A DNA stretch of 64,000 nucleotides from Octopus sinensis (Eukaryota), in contig NC_043004.1 in the NCBI RefSeq assembly GCF_006345805.1, forward strand, positions 96,658,001 through 96,722,000. Direction: 5' to 3'. Each line of letters opens with the position of its first letter. The stretch's first letter is position 1. Positions 1-12,099 of the stretch are shown piece by piece. Both the position numbers and the translations under genes were made by a program. The notes below the pieces were generated by a model that worked only from the letters and a program-made list of their open reading frames with translations, was not told the origin of the DNA and did not search any database.

Positions 1-103
1 CCAGAAGGATGTCGTCATTTGAAGGTTAAAACAATGCAAAAGCACATTGTAACCAGCAATGTGTAGCAACAACTGATAGCCTGGTCAGTTATGTGATCAT
101 GTG

Positions 104-106
<3 letters not shown>
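1..106 (+). mobile_element. 3' end of tRNA-derived SINE family C (truncated by window edge)
   Basis: Reverse complement matches the tail atcaccgtgatcaccgtgaccgaccaagctatcag...gccttcaaatgacg of the copy at 7763-8062. Confidence 0.75.
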
Positions 107-155
<49 letters not shown>

Positions 156-257
156 GACACACATATGCATATAAATATATATATATATACATATGTATAT
201 ATATAAATTTCCTCTCTCTCTCTTACATGCATGGATTCATATGTATACATATATACA

Positions 258-332
<75 letters not shown>

Positions 333-333
333 T
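107..333. repeat. (TA)n/(CA)n/(TACA)n compound microsatellite
   Basis: Direct reading; ORFs here are Y/I/H/T low-complexity artefacts. Confidence 0.95.
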
Positions 334-350
334 ATTTATTTTATAGAAGG

Positions 351-401
351 AGCTTCTACAGGACTAGAACTGTTTCATTCAAATGAAATCATCAGGAAGC
401 T
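351..401 (-). ncRNA. Type I hammerhead ribozyme-like motif (mirror copy in left arm)
   Basis: Exact reverse complement of 1849-1899. Confidence 0.65.
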
Positions 402-594
402 TGGTGTCAAGAATAGTTTTAGCATTTATACATTTAGGCAGATTTAAAAGGGTGGTGGTGGGGGACTTTTTTGGGGTAGGCAGGGCACAAACTGTCTTTC
501 TTAGGGGAGTGGTCAAAAGAATCAGTGATAAAGTAGATAAATGAATAAATAGAATAATAGAATAGAGTTTTAGGTAAATAAGAAGACTATCGGT

Positions 595-638
<44 letters not shown>

Positions 639-827
639 TACACATATATATACACATATATATACATATATACATACATATACACATACTCATACATACA
701 CACACACATATATACATACACACATATATACATATTTATACAAATACACATACACATACTTGCCAACATGCAAGCACACGCACACATATATCTACACATA
801 TATATATGAAAGAATATACACACCCAT

Positions 828-860
<33 letters not shown>

Positions 861-1383
861 CATATATACACATACATATATATACATATATATATATGTA
901 TACATGCACATATATACACACACATTTCCTCCCTTATTTTATTTTTATTTTGACTTCTTCATAGTCATAAAGGGTGTAATATATGACCTACCTACCCACC
1001 GACACACATTTATTGGTGCTGGAGTCGACCTTCCCAGGGTGCTAGCCAGCCTAAATGAAATCCATTTATTTCCCCTCTTTATTGCCACTCACACACACTC
1101 ACATGAGTGTGCATGTGAGTGTTTGGGAAGAGAGATAGAAAGGAAGGGAGAGGGGCAATAAATGGATTTCATTTAGGCTGGCTAGCACCCTGGGGAGGGT
1201 CGACTCCAGCGCCAATAAATGTGTGTCAGCGGGTAGGTAGGTCATATATTACACCCTTTATGACTATGAAGAGGTCAAAATAAAAATAAAATAAGGGAGG
1301 AAATGTGTGTGTATATATGTGCATGTATACATATATATATATGTATATATATGTATGTGTATATATGTGTGTATGTATATATG

Positions 1384-1414
<31 letters not shown>

Positions 1415-1596
1415 ATGGGTGTGTATATTCTTTCATATATATATGTGTAGATATATGTGTGCGTGTGCTTGCATGTTGGCAAGTATGTGTATGTGTATTT
1501 GTATAAATATGTATATATGTGTATATGTATATATGTGTATGTGTATGTATGAGTATGTGTATATGTATGTATATATGTATATATGTGTGTATATAT

Positions 1597-1657
<61 letters not shown>

Positions 1658-1848
1658 CGATAGTCTTCTTATTTACCTAAAACTCTATTCTATTATTCTA
1701 TTTATTCATTTATCTACTTTATCACTGATTCTTTTGACCACTCCCCTAAGAAAGACAGTTTGTGCCCTGCCTACCCCATAAAAGTCCTCCACCACCACCC
1801 CTTTAAATCTGCCTAAATGTATAAATGCCAAAACTATTCTTGACACCA

Positions 1849-1899
1849 AGCTTCCTGATGATTTCATTTGAATGAAACAGTTCTAGTCCTGTAGAAGCT
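1849..1899 (+). ncRNA. Type I hammerhead ribozyme-like motif, predicted cleavage after GUA at 1893
   Basis: AGCTTC CTGATGA T-TTC-attt-GAA-T GAAA CAG ttctagtc CTG T A GAAGCT: 6-bp stem I, intact CUGAUGA and GAAA cores, stem III ACAG/CUGU, GUA triplet. Stem II is weak, with a U-U pair at 10.1/11.1. Confidence 0.65.
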
Positions 1900-2002
1900 C
1901 CTTCTATAAAATAAATTAATTTACTCTGCTATGTATTGAGTACCTTATTTACTGTGGTTAACCCCGACTCAACCCGGGATACATATATATAAATATATAT
2001 AT

Positions 2003-2069
<67 letters not shown>

Positions 2070-2093
2070 CATATATATGTATACATATACATA

Positions 2094-2346
2094 CATCATC
2101 ATCATCACCGTTAAACATCCACTTTCCATGCTGGCATGGTTTGGACGGTTTGACTAGGGACTGGTGAGCCAGATGTCTGCACCAGGCTCCAGTCTGATCT
2201 GGCAGAGTTTCTATAGCTGGATGCCCTTCCTCATGCCAACCACTCCAAGAGTGTAGTGGCTGCTTTTACATGCCACTGAAACGAGGGCCAGTCAGCAGCC
2301 CTGACAATGATCATGCTCAGATGGTGATCTGAGTGCTCCACTAGCA
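2094..2346 (-). mobile_element. SINE family D (RTE-like tail ending (GAT)n)
   Basis: catcatc...tttccatgctggcatgg...ggatgcccttcc is the reverse complement of the family D tail. Confidence 0.85.
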
Positions 2347-2477
2347 TGGATGCTAATCATGCAGTGCTGTCATCGAATTTGATTTTGATTTATATATATA
2401 CATATGAATATACATATGTATGTATATATGTATATATATATGTATATGTTTTGTACATGTATATATATATATATATG

Positions 2478-2808
2478 TCTGGCCCCGTGTCGGTGGCACG
2501 TAAAAGCACCATCCATTCGTGTCCGTTGCCAGCATCGCCTGGCCCCGTGCCGGTGACACGTAAAAGCACCATCCGTTCATGGCTGTTTGCCAGCTCTGTC
2601 TGGCACCTGTGCAGGTGGCACGTAAAAAACACCCACTACACTCACAGAGTGGTTGGCGTTAGGAAGGGCATCCAGCCGTAGAAACACTGCCAGATCTGAC
2701 TGGGCCTGACGAAGCCTTCCAGCTTCACAGACCCCAGTTGACCCGTCCAACCCATGCTAGCATGGAAAGTGGACGCTAAACGATGATGATGATGATGATG
2801 ATGATGAT
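2478..2808 (+). mobile_element. SINE family D with 3 internal ~60-bp repeats
   Basis: gtg(t/c)cggtggcacgtaaaagcacc repeats, then ggcgttaggaagggcatccagc...gacgctaaacgatgatgat. Confidence 0.9.
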
Positions 2809-2816
2809 ATGTATAC

Positions 2817-3048
2817 TACATAAATGATATTTTTAAACAAACCTGAACGGCTTTACAAGTTACGGAGAGAAAGCTCATCATTTTTTGATCATTTGTTTAT
2901 ATTTTAAAATTATCACTTCAAACTGGAGAATAAATATCAGTATGATATATATGATATACAGTTATTATACTATGAACCTTCCATAGTAGCTTTCTCTCTA
3001 TAACTTGCAAAGCCTATCGGGTTTGTTTATAAAAATATTATTTATGTA
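2817..3048. mobile_element. MITE-like element with ~60-bp imperfect TIRs
   Basis: tacataaatgatatttttaaacaaacc...gagagaaagct (2817-2875) versus agctttctctc...gggtttgtttataaaaatattatttatgta (2988-3048). Its ~95-bp interior recurs at 3173-3268. Confidence 0.7.
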
Positions 3049-3265
3049 TTGTCAAGACAGTTTAAGTATATATTAAATAAATTTGACTGAAATTGATGGC
3101 TGTGTTTGGCCAATCAGATTTGCAAGGAGCCATGAAAGTATCGATTTGTGTGTTTGATTCTGCCTGAGGTTAGCTCATCATTTTTCAGTCATTTGTTTAT
3201 ATTTAAGAATTGTCACTTCAAATCGAAGAATAAATATCATTATGATATATATTATATACAGTTAT

Positions 3266-3312
<47 letters not shown>

Positions 3313-3563
3313 AGTATCCATGTAAAGTCTTGCTGAACTTTTTGCTTTTTGTTTTCTGTTTTAACCTATAACTACCAACTCAAGTGAAAGCCACTTCTAG
3401 CCGATTTAGAAAAGGCAGTCCCTAAATCACATGTTCAACAGCAGTTCAAACCGTAAATTTAGTGGCATACCACGTTGAGCACTCAGACCACAAACCTATT
3501 AGTTTGAGTCACCCTGATCTAAACTCCTTGTATCTTTTCCCTCTCCTCTCTTCTTTTATTCTC

Positions 3564-3965
3564 TACAAGCAGTATCGCCCGGCGTTGCTCGGGTCTGTAA
3601 GGGAAATAACTATATAAGCATGTTTAGAGATGTAAAGTATAATAGCCATCTCAATATGGCTAACCACAAAGGGGGGGGGGTGTTACTGTAGCATTTTACG
3701 TTCTGAGATTTAATAATACAATTTTAGAGAGTTTACTTCCCTTATATAATAGCAAAGAAATGCATTTAAAATGGGAAAAAATGATGGTAAATTTTTTTTA
3801 AATCGTAGACTCATCGTAGATGCGCACTAATACCCAGAAGGGCTCGATATGAATCACGACTATAAGATACCCGCTTTTGGTTGCACTGCACAGCAAAATG
3901 TGGGAGTAGTTAGGAATCTAAATCGTAGGAGACAGACACACAACTTCACTTTTATATATAAAGAT
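3564..3965 (+). mobile_element. Non-autonomous Helentron/DINE-1-like element
   Basis: Starts tac(a)agcagtatcgcccggcgttgctcggg (subterminal stem-loop), ends cagacacacaacttcacttttatatataaagat followed by T-run; no TIR or TSD. A second copy lies at 5381-5779. Confidence 0.7.
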
Positions 3966-5129
3966 TTTTTACTTTTTATTTTTATTTTCTATTATTATTT
4001 ATTTTTTATTTTCTATCCTTCATTATCTTCTTCTTCTCTTCTTTTATCTGTACCTTTATTTTACAATTTATTCTTAATTTTTATTTCTACTTTTAATATT
4101 TTTTATCTTATTATATATATAACTTTTTACTTTATATTTTTTTTATTTCTTTCTTTATTCTTATTCTTCTAACCAATCCTTCTGACCAATTCTTGCTAAT
4201 ACCCTGTCATCTACCTTCCTCCTCTCTCTATCCTCACAGGCTTCCCCATCTCTCTCTCTCCTCATTAACCACTCTTTCTTTTTCTTTCTCTTTCTTTCTC
4301 TTCCTCCTTCTCCATCCACTTTGCTCAATAACAACTTTTATGGTCATTCTCTCACAAACCAGCCATCTCAATATGAACACATCATTCCCATTGCTGCCAA
4401 AATATGCTGTGGACACACTACTCATATTTTACCATAAAACTGCCTGGATTTACCTTGGATTTTACCTAAGGACATACACATTAACATCTATGCCCTCTGA
4501 AAGATGAACTGCAAACTTTATTTCCTTATTTCCTTATTCTCTATTCTTTTATTTCATTGCTTATTATCTGTGAATTTTCCATATCTAGATCTTTTATCTG
4601 AATATTTCCATGTCCAGATCTTTCATACGTTCTCTACTTGTTACTGATAATGGAATACTCCATATTCAGGCATACTAACCTATCACTTGGGATATCCCAG
4701 AAACAGCTCTATAGACCTCAACTAATTTTAGAATAATGTAAAATAATGTATGACTTGAGATGCTTGTTATGGTTATGCCTTGGTGTTTGTTGTCCTCTTT
4801 CACAAATATATATCTGCTAAATCAGAAACCTAAAATGGATCCATAGCTCCCATCTCAGTTATGAGCTTGGAACCCTGATAATCCCTTAGAGCACTTACAC
4901 AGCATACCTATTAGTTTAGATCACCGGTGAACTAAACCCCCATATTCTCTCTCTCTCTCTATATATATATATGCACATACACATTCACACACGTATATCT
5001 ATCATCAATTAACGTCTGTAAACCATGCTGTCATGGGTTCGAATGTTTGAAAGCCCTGGTGTCAGCATTGGTATGATATCTATGGCTGGATGCCCTTCCT
5101 ACCATGATATATGTATGTATGCATGAATA

Positions 5130-5165
<36 letters not shown>

Positions 5166-5380
5166 TATGAATATTATTTATGCAGCATTATAAATTTAGT
5201 TTCATAATGTCCAATTCATATTATAAAATTGCTTTGTGTTAGACAATCCCACTCCCTTGTGTAGAAGGGTAATTTTAAATGTCATCAGGCATAGCTCATA
5301 AGAAGAATATACCTTGAGATCTTAGATACTAGAGGTGTTAAATATTCTTATCCAGTTAATGAGTTTCAATCATGTTGAAA

Positions 5381-5779
5381 ATCTTTATATATAAAAGAGA
5401 GGTTGTGTGCTGTCTGTCTCCTACGATTTAGATTCCTAACTACTCCCAGATTTTGTGGTGCAGTTTAACCAAAACCGGGTATCTTATAGTCGGGATTCAT
5501 ATCGAGCCCTTCTGAGTATTAGCGCGCGTCTACAATGAGTCTACGATTTAAAAAAAAATTTACCATCAATTTTTTCCATTTTTAATGCATTTTTGGCATA
5601 TATTAGGGAAGTAACTCTCTAAAAGTTTATTATTAAATCTCAGAACGTAAAAAGCTACAGTAATCCCCCCCCTTTGTGGTTAGCCATATTGAGATGGCTA
5701 TTATACTTTACATCTCTAAAAATGCTTATATAGTTATTTCCCTTACAAACCCGAGCAATGTCGGGCGATACTGCTAGTA
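5381..5779 (-). mobile_element. Non-autonomous Helentron/DINE-1-like element, inverted relative to 3564-3965
   Basis: Reverse complement aligns end to end with 3564-3965 (atctttatatataaaag ... gggcgatactgctagta). Confidence 0.75.
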
Positions 5780-6247
5780 TTTAATAGATTAATAAAATGA
5801 AATAAAGAATTTAGTAAAATATGATTAAAATATATGTGTGGCTTTGGTCAGCCCAAGGTTACAGTAGAAGACACTCACTCAAGGTGCCACACAAGCCTCT
5901 TCCACCTTCAAATACTCTCTAAATCCACTATGTGGTACTAGAAGCCAGCAGTATCTCCTCTTAGGTATTTCTATTGCCATCCCTTATGTACTCCCATTTT
6001 ATCCCAACACCTACAAGCATTTTTGTCCACCTGCTATTGTCAGTCACTCCACTTCAGGACCCTACCTTCTTCTTATCATGCTCTTAGAACTTCCATCCTG
6101 TCCATCCTTTTGATTTCATCGTTCTTTCTCTTCTTTCTCTCAAACTCCCCTTTTCAGCTATCCTTATATGCCCTTATTTATTAACACATTCTATACCTAC
6201 ATTTACTTCCTTATCCCTACACTCTAATGCCCATGTCTAGCCTTTCT

Positions 6248-6462
6248 TATTTCTTTATTGCCCACAAGGGGCTAAACATAGAGGGGACAAACAAGGACAG
6301 ACAAAGGGATTAAGTCGATTACATCGACTCCAGTGCATAACTGGTACTTAATTTATCGACCCCAAAAGGATGAAAGGCAAAGTCAACCTTGGCAGAATTT
6401 GAACTCGGAACATAATGGCAGATGAAATACCGCAATGCATTTTCTGCCAGCTTGCTGTCATA
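6248..6462 (-). mobile_element. SINE family B (Meta-domain-like core) with 15-bp TSD
   Basis: Core gactttgcctttcatcctttcggggtcgataaattaagtaccag in reverse; TSD atgtctagcctttct at 6233-6247 and 6463-6477. Confidence 0.9.
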
Positions 6463-6721
6463 ATGTCTAGCCTTTCTGCTTATATTGTTCCCTCTCAATA
6501 TGTTGCTTTATTGTGCACAAAAATACTTGATCTATTGATACTGCAAAGTCATTGGCATTTTGGAGGGCATTCAGCCATAGAAACTCAGGTAAATGACATG
6601 CGTAAACACTAAGTCTTTGGGAATAGTAACTTCTTATGGGGATGTAACTTGGATTGTGATGATCAGTCCAATACATACCAGTATGGAAAATGTACATAAT
6701 ATAATGACAGCAACAACGGTC

Positions 6722-6915
6722 TGGAGGTGCAATGACCCAGTGGTTTGGGAAGCAGACTCGTAGTCGTAAGAACACGGTTTTGATTCCCAGATGGGGCATT
6801 GTAAGTGTTTATTGAGCAAAAACACCTAAGTTCCATGAGGCATAAGTGCTGTGTGTGTGTGTGGGGGGACCCCACTGTACTCTTTCACTACAACTTTCTC
6901 TCACACTTTCTTCAT
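6722..6915 (+). mobile_element. SINE family C, 5' part
   Basis: tRNA-like head ggaggtgcaatgacccagtggtt...ggttttgattcccag, then the family body gtttattgagcaaaaacacctaag. Confidence 0.8.
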
Positions 6916-7206
6916 ACTTCTGCCTCAAAGCAGAGGAACCATGGTGTAACCCACTATGGTGTGGTAAACTTTCAGACCCTAGTCTAGATTGCGAATCCTC
7001 TGTAACTCAGGATGGTTCAGCTCTCCACCTGTTAAAAGCTACCATTTATGGAATGAAGATAACAATGTAGCTTTTGGGCCCGTGCAACCGCCAGTCTATC
7101 GTTTGTGGTGGGTGGATCTTCAAGTTGCCACATGCATTCTTAGTAGCTTAGAGTAGGCTCGAATTAGAGATTATTCTTTGTGGCTAATGGCATGAGTCCT
7201 GATTGG

Positions 7207-7450
7207 AAGAAGAAGAAGAAGAAGAAGAAGAAGAAGAAGAAGAAGAAGAAGAAGAAGAAAAGAAGAAAAAGAAGAAGAAGAAGAAGAAGAAGAAGAAGAA
7301 GAAGAAGAAGAAGAAGACAACAACGATGATGATGAATGCAATGAGATAACAGCGACGATGACAATAATGAGATGATGACTATGACAAGGAAGATGATGAT
7401 GCTGAAGATGATAACAACATTTATGATGATGATGATGATGATGATGATGT
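7207..7450. repeat. (GAA)n and (GAT)n triplet microsatellites
   Basis: Direct reading. Confidence 0.95.
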
Positions 7451-7762
7451 ACATGCATGTGTGTAACTGCTCAAATCCTTACTAATTACTCTTTATAGAT
7501 GGAAAATGTTGTTACTTTGATCATTTGTTGAACCGCTATGAAGATGAATTAAATACTCACTCATATTGCAGCACTGCTTACACACCTGAAAGAGTACTGC
7601 TATCTACATACAAACATTCTGTATGTACTGCAGGAAATAAAGAGTAAAAAAACTACCGTCCTTTTTTCCAATGCACAACATATTTAGCTATTGGGTTTAA
7701 GAGCTTCAACAAAGTTCATAATACTACCTATCCTAAAGAACAAATATATATATATATATATA

Positions 7763-8062
7763 TCACCGTGATCACCGTGACCGACCAAGCTATCAGATGT
7801 TGCTACACATCGCTGGTCACAATGCGCTTTGCATTGTTTTAGCCTTCAAATGACGCCACCCCGCTGGCTAAGCGAGCAGGCCAACAGAAGAAAGAGTGAG
7901 AGAAAGTTGTGGCGAAAAAGTACAGCAGGGATCGCCACCATCACCTGCAGGAGCCTCATGGAGCTTTAGGTGTTTTCATCAATAAACACTCACAAAGCCC
8001 AGTCTGGAAATCGAAACCGCGATCCTATGACCGCGAGTCCGCTGCCCTAACCACTAGGCCAT
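7763..8062 (-). mobile_element. SINE family C
   Basis: tRNA-like head at right end (gaaatcgaaaccgcgatcctatgaccgcgagtccgctgccctaaccactaggccat), body, and (atcaccgtg)2 tail. Confidence 0.85.
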
Positions 8063-8572
8063 TTTATATATATATAAAACAAAAATTATGAAATAGGTTC
8101 TGGTTATCTAATTCATATTTTCTTCACTATTTACAAACAAAACATATTATAATGTCATTTGTTTCACTTTATAAAACAATTTTCCCATTTATCTTAATCC
8201 AGCATTTATATAAGTATATTTTGTCAGCAGCTCTAGTATTATATAATACATGTATATAATCAGTATCTTATATAAACACATGTCATCTCATGTAAACGCT
8301 CACTCCCATTTACCATATTACAATGGTCAAACCAAAAGAAAAAACAAAAAAAAAAATCCTATTACAGTACTTACAGTCCACCCATTGGGTACAGATGTTA
8401 CTTAGGATACAAACTTTGAAGATTTTGCAGGAAACAGTTTGACATTATATACAATCTATACAGTTTTTCTGACAACTAATATAATATGGATGTATTACCT
8501 GAGGGCTGATAATACAGCCACTCGTGTTCATGAGCACTGTCATATATACAGATAACGGATCTATATATATAT

Positions 8573-8605
<33 letters not shown>

Positions 8606-8777
8606 TATATATTATATACATATAATATATATATATATATGGTGTGTGAGTGTCATAGAAGTAGTGATCAGCAGCACAGAGATGCGTGCATATATATACA
8701 TGCATGTTTGTATGTGAATTAATATAGATACATATATATATGTATATTATATGTATAATAATATATATATGTATATA

Positions 8778-8810
<33 letters not shown>

Positions 8811-9339
8811 ATATATATCTATATATATATATATATATGCACTCACTTACACAGCACACCAAACACAAACATACAAGGATAACTTGCCTGCAGTATTTTT
8901 GAAGCAGTCACCTGGAAGGATTTAATAATTTGAACCCCAGAATCTGTTACAATTTGTTTCTTTTGCTTGTTCCATTTTTCTTGTTGTTTTGTAACTTTGG
9001 TTTTATTATGTTTTTTTTTCCTATTAATTCAATAATTTATCCCTGTTTTCCCCTCACCATTCTCTTCAGAAATCTGTGTCTTATTTTTTTTTTTTTTAAA
9101 CAAATAATGCATAACAAAGATAAACAAACTTAAGAAGAACCAATTCCATCATATAGCTTCAGGCAATTTTCCTTTCTCTTGAAATGATTCTTTGACACTA
9201 ATATGTATGCAAATTTGTACACATACTACATATATATATATGTGTATACACACAGAGAGACAGACAGATATAGATATAATGTACAATATATGTGAATATA
9301 TATATATATATGTATATATATATATGTATGTGTATATAT

Positions 9340-9371
<32 letters not shown>

Positions 9372-9394
9372 CACACACATATTTATCTACATAG

Positions 9395-9430
<36 letters not shown>

Positions 9431-9446
9431 TGTTATGTATTAAATA

Positions 9447-9478
<32 letters not shown>

Positions 9479-9504
9479 CAACACACATATTTACCTACAT
9501 AGAC

Positions 9505-9548
<44 letters not shown>

Positions 9549-10316
9549 ATATATATATATGTATGTAGGTAAATATGTGTGTGTGTATATATATATATAG
9601 GTTACATTTTTGCTTATGCACATTATTATGATTATTATGTTTGCAAGACATATGTAAACAACAAAATCACAAAATTTTTTAATGCAAAAAGAAAGAAAAA
9701 AATGAAACAAGCAATACAAGTGAACAAAATATAAAAAAAAAAGAACAAAAGAAAACAAAAAGAAAACGACATAGAAACATTTCAGTGTTGATAAAGCAAG
9801 TACGATAACCATTAAATTTGTTGACACCCTACAGGGTCCTCTCTCTGACTCAAGCGTAGAATATTGGAATATTGCTTCCATCTCTAAGTTCCAGTCTTGA
9901 TGGTTCAGTTATTCATAATTTACTCAGTATTTCAACCAATAAATGCTGCCACATACCAGTTACTGCTCTTTTTTACTTTTGACTTCCTGTTCTTCCTAAA
10001 ATGGATCCTTTTTAGTTACAAGTACTTCACACATAAAACTTCAGTTAGCACCGTTTCTTTTTTATTGTTATCTAATTCATGTTTCCTGAGGTGTGTTCCA
10101 ATCAGTATATCAGATAAATATTAGATATCCCTACTGTTACCCATTTTTCTGTCACAGAGAGTAAATAGAGGCTTAAAGCTATTTATATTATTTGCATATT
10201 CAAGCAGAAGTGGAGGTGCTCTAATTTGCATAATATTGTAAGATATGACTATGTGAATAATTAATTAATAGAAGCACTTCATGCTATGAGGCTAATTATA
10301 CACACATATACATACA

Positions 10317-10548
10317 TATCATCATCATCATCATCAGCAGCAGCATCATCATCGTTTAGCATCCACTTTCCATGCTGGCATAGGTTGGGCGGTTCAACTG
10401 GGGTCTGGGAAGCCAGAAGGCTGCCTCAGGCCCAGTCTGATCTGGCAATGTTTCAACTGCTGGATGCCCTTCCTAACGCCAACCACTCCATGAGTGTAGT
10501 GGGTGCTTTTTACGTGCCACTGGCACAGGTGCCAGACGTGGCATACTT
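10317..10548 (-). mobile_element. SINE family D
   Basis: Reverse-complement tail catcatcgtttagcatccactttccatgc...ggatgcccttcctaacgccaacc. Confidence 0.85.
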
Positions 10549-11205
10549 ACATTACATACATAACATACATACATACATACCATACATGCACATGCATGCA
10601 TGCATGCATACATACATCATACATACATACTACATACATACATACATACATACATACATACATACATACATACCAAGCAGGTGGCTAGACAAAATTAAGA
10701 AGAGAAAGAGAACATATATATCATCGTCGTCATCATTTTTGTCATCATCATTTCCATCAGCATCATCACCATCATCATCAATATCATAGTCTTAATGTAT
10801 AGATGTCTATTTTTCTATGCTTGCATGGGGGCGATATAGTTTATTGAAACAGATATTTTATGTCCAGATGCACTTCCTTTTACCAATATTTACCAGCTTC
10901 CGAGCAACATAATATATTCCCATACTCAGACATGGTTTCACAGAATATTGGAAAGGAATACTATTCATCTACATCAAACAATTATGTGATATCAAGGCAA
11001 AGAGATACAAACATACATATACTTACACTTATATACACATACACACACACACAAATATCACATACGAATATACATAAATAACAGGCTTATTTCATTTTCT
11101 ATGAACCAGTCCCACACTTACCCAAAAGGTTACACAGTAGGACAGAACCTGAAATCATTTAGACAGAAATCAAACTTAAACAAATAGCTACTCCTGCTCC
11201 TTATA

Positions 11206-11246
<41 letters not shown>

Positions 11247-11257
11247 ATATATATACA

Positions 11258-11833
11258 CAGGAGTGGCTGTGTGGTAAGTAGCTTGTTTACCAACCACATG
11301 GTTCCGGGTTCAGTCCCACTGCATGGCACCTTGGGGAAGTGTCTTCTACTATAGCCTCGAGCTGACAAAAGCCTTGTGAGTGGATTTGGTAGGTGGAAAC
11401 TGAAAGAAGCCCGTTGTATATATGTATACAGGAGTGGCTGTGTGGTAAGTAGCTTGCTTACGAACCACATGGTTCCGGGTTCAGTCCCACTGCGTGGCAC
11501 CTTCGGCAAGTGTCTTCTACTATAGCCTCGAGCCGACCAAAGCCTTGTGAGTGGATTTGGTAGATGGAAACTGAAAGAAGCCCGTTGTATATATGTATTA
11601 TATATATATATATGCATGTGTGTGTTTGTGTGTCTGTGTTTGTCTCCCTAGCATTGCTTGACAACCGATGCTGGCGTGTTTATGTCCCCGTTACTTAGCG
11701 GTTCGGCAAAAGAGACTGATAGAATAAGTACTGGGCTTACAAAAGAATAAGTCCCGGGGTTGAGTTGCTTGATTAAAAGCGGTGCTCCAGCATGGCTGCA
11801 GTCAAATGACTGAAACAAGTAAAAGAGTAAAGA

Positions 11834-11834
<1 letters not shown>
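11258..11834 (+). mobile_element. SINE family A: partial head copy (11258-~11425) followed by a full copy
   Basis: caggagtggctgtgtggtaag...ggttcagtccc head occurs twice; tail gactgaaacaagtaaaagagtaaagag. Confidence 0.9.
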
Positions 11835-11871
<37 letters not shown>

Positions 11872-11877
<6 letters not shown>

Positions 11878-12095
11878 TAACAGAATGAGATAAAAATCCA
11901 AGACTGTGAAAGATGTCAGAACATTTATAAAAAGAAGGTCTTACAGCTGTTTCTGGGATATTTTATATATACCTTCATCAGAGACGGTGTGAGAAAAGGG
12001 TTAAACAACAGTTATTCTATAGAAGATATTAAATAGAGAGTGAAGTGGAGGAATGAAAACAGATGTGAGATATACAGGGCTATTGTATCAGCAGT
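11872..12095 (-). mobile_element. Truncated hammerhead-bearing (Penelope-type) element abutting (TA)n
   Basis: Contains the hammerhead at 11938-11985; its 3' end lies ~65 nt downstream at the (TA)n array 11838-11872. Confidence 0.55.
11938..11985 (-). ncRNA. Minimal type I hammerhead ribozyme motif
   Basis: Minus strand GTCT CTGATGA a-ggtatat-ataaa-atatccc-a GAAA CAGCTG T A AGAC: stem I GTCT/AGAC, palindromic stem III ACAGCTGT, GUA triplet. A-A at the base of stem II and one stem II mismatch. Confidence 0.7.
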
Positions 12096-12099
12096 TCCA

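Larger units (their letters stand above)
334..1982. mobile_element. 1.6-kb fold-back element: inverted arms 334-1078 and 1149-1916 plus a ~65-bp 3' extension; hammerhead motif near each outer end; Penelope-like-derived or retrozyme-like
   Basis: Left arm atttattttatagaaggagcttctacaggactag... is the reverse complement of right arm ...ctagtcctgtagaagctccttctataaaataaat. Symmetry continues through the internal microsatellite to cccctct/agagggg with scattered mismatches. Apex hairpin ACACTCACATG-agtgtg-CATGTGAGTGT at 1095-1122. Flanked by (TA)n on both sides. Confidence 0.9.

Noticed and set aside
334-1916. Classifying the fold-back as a Sola, Academ or Tc1 TIR transposon
   Set aside because: No unambiguous TSD or family-diagnostic terminus, and the asymmetric 3' extension plus hammerheads fit a PLE-type origin better; not fully excluded.
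9495-9881. Minus-strand ORF as a terminal exon with a T-rich 3' UTR
   Set aside because: No convincing acceptor or recognisable peptide; the second half is low complexity.
11258-11340. tRNA genes at SINE heads
   Set aside because: A/B-box heads run into SINE bodies and lack a complete cloverleaf.
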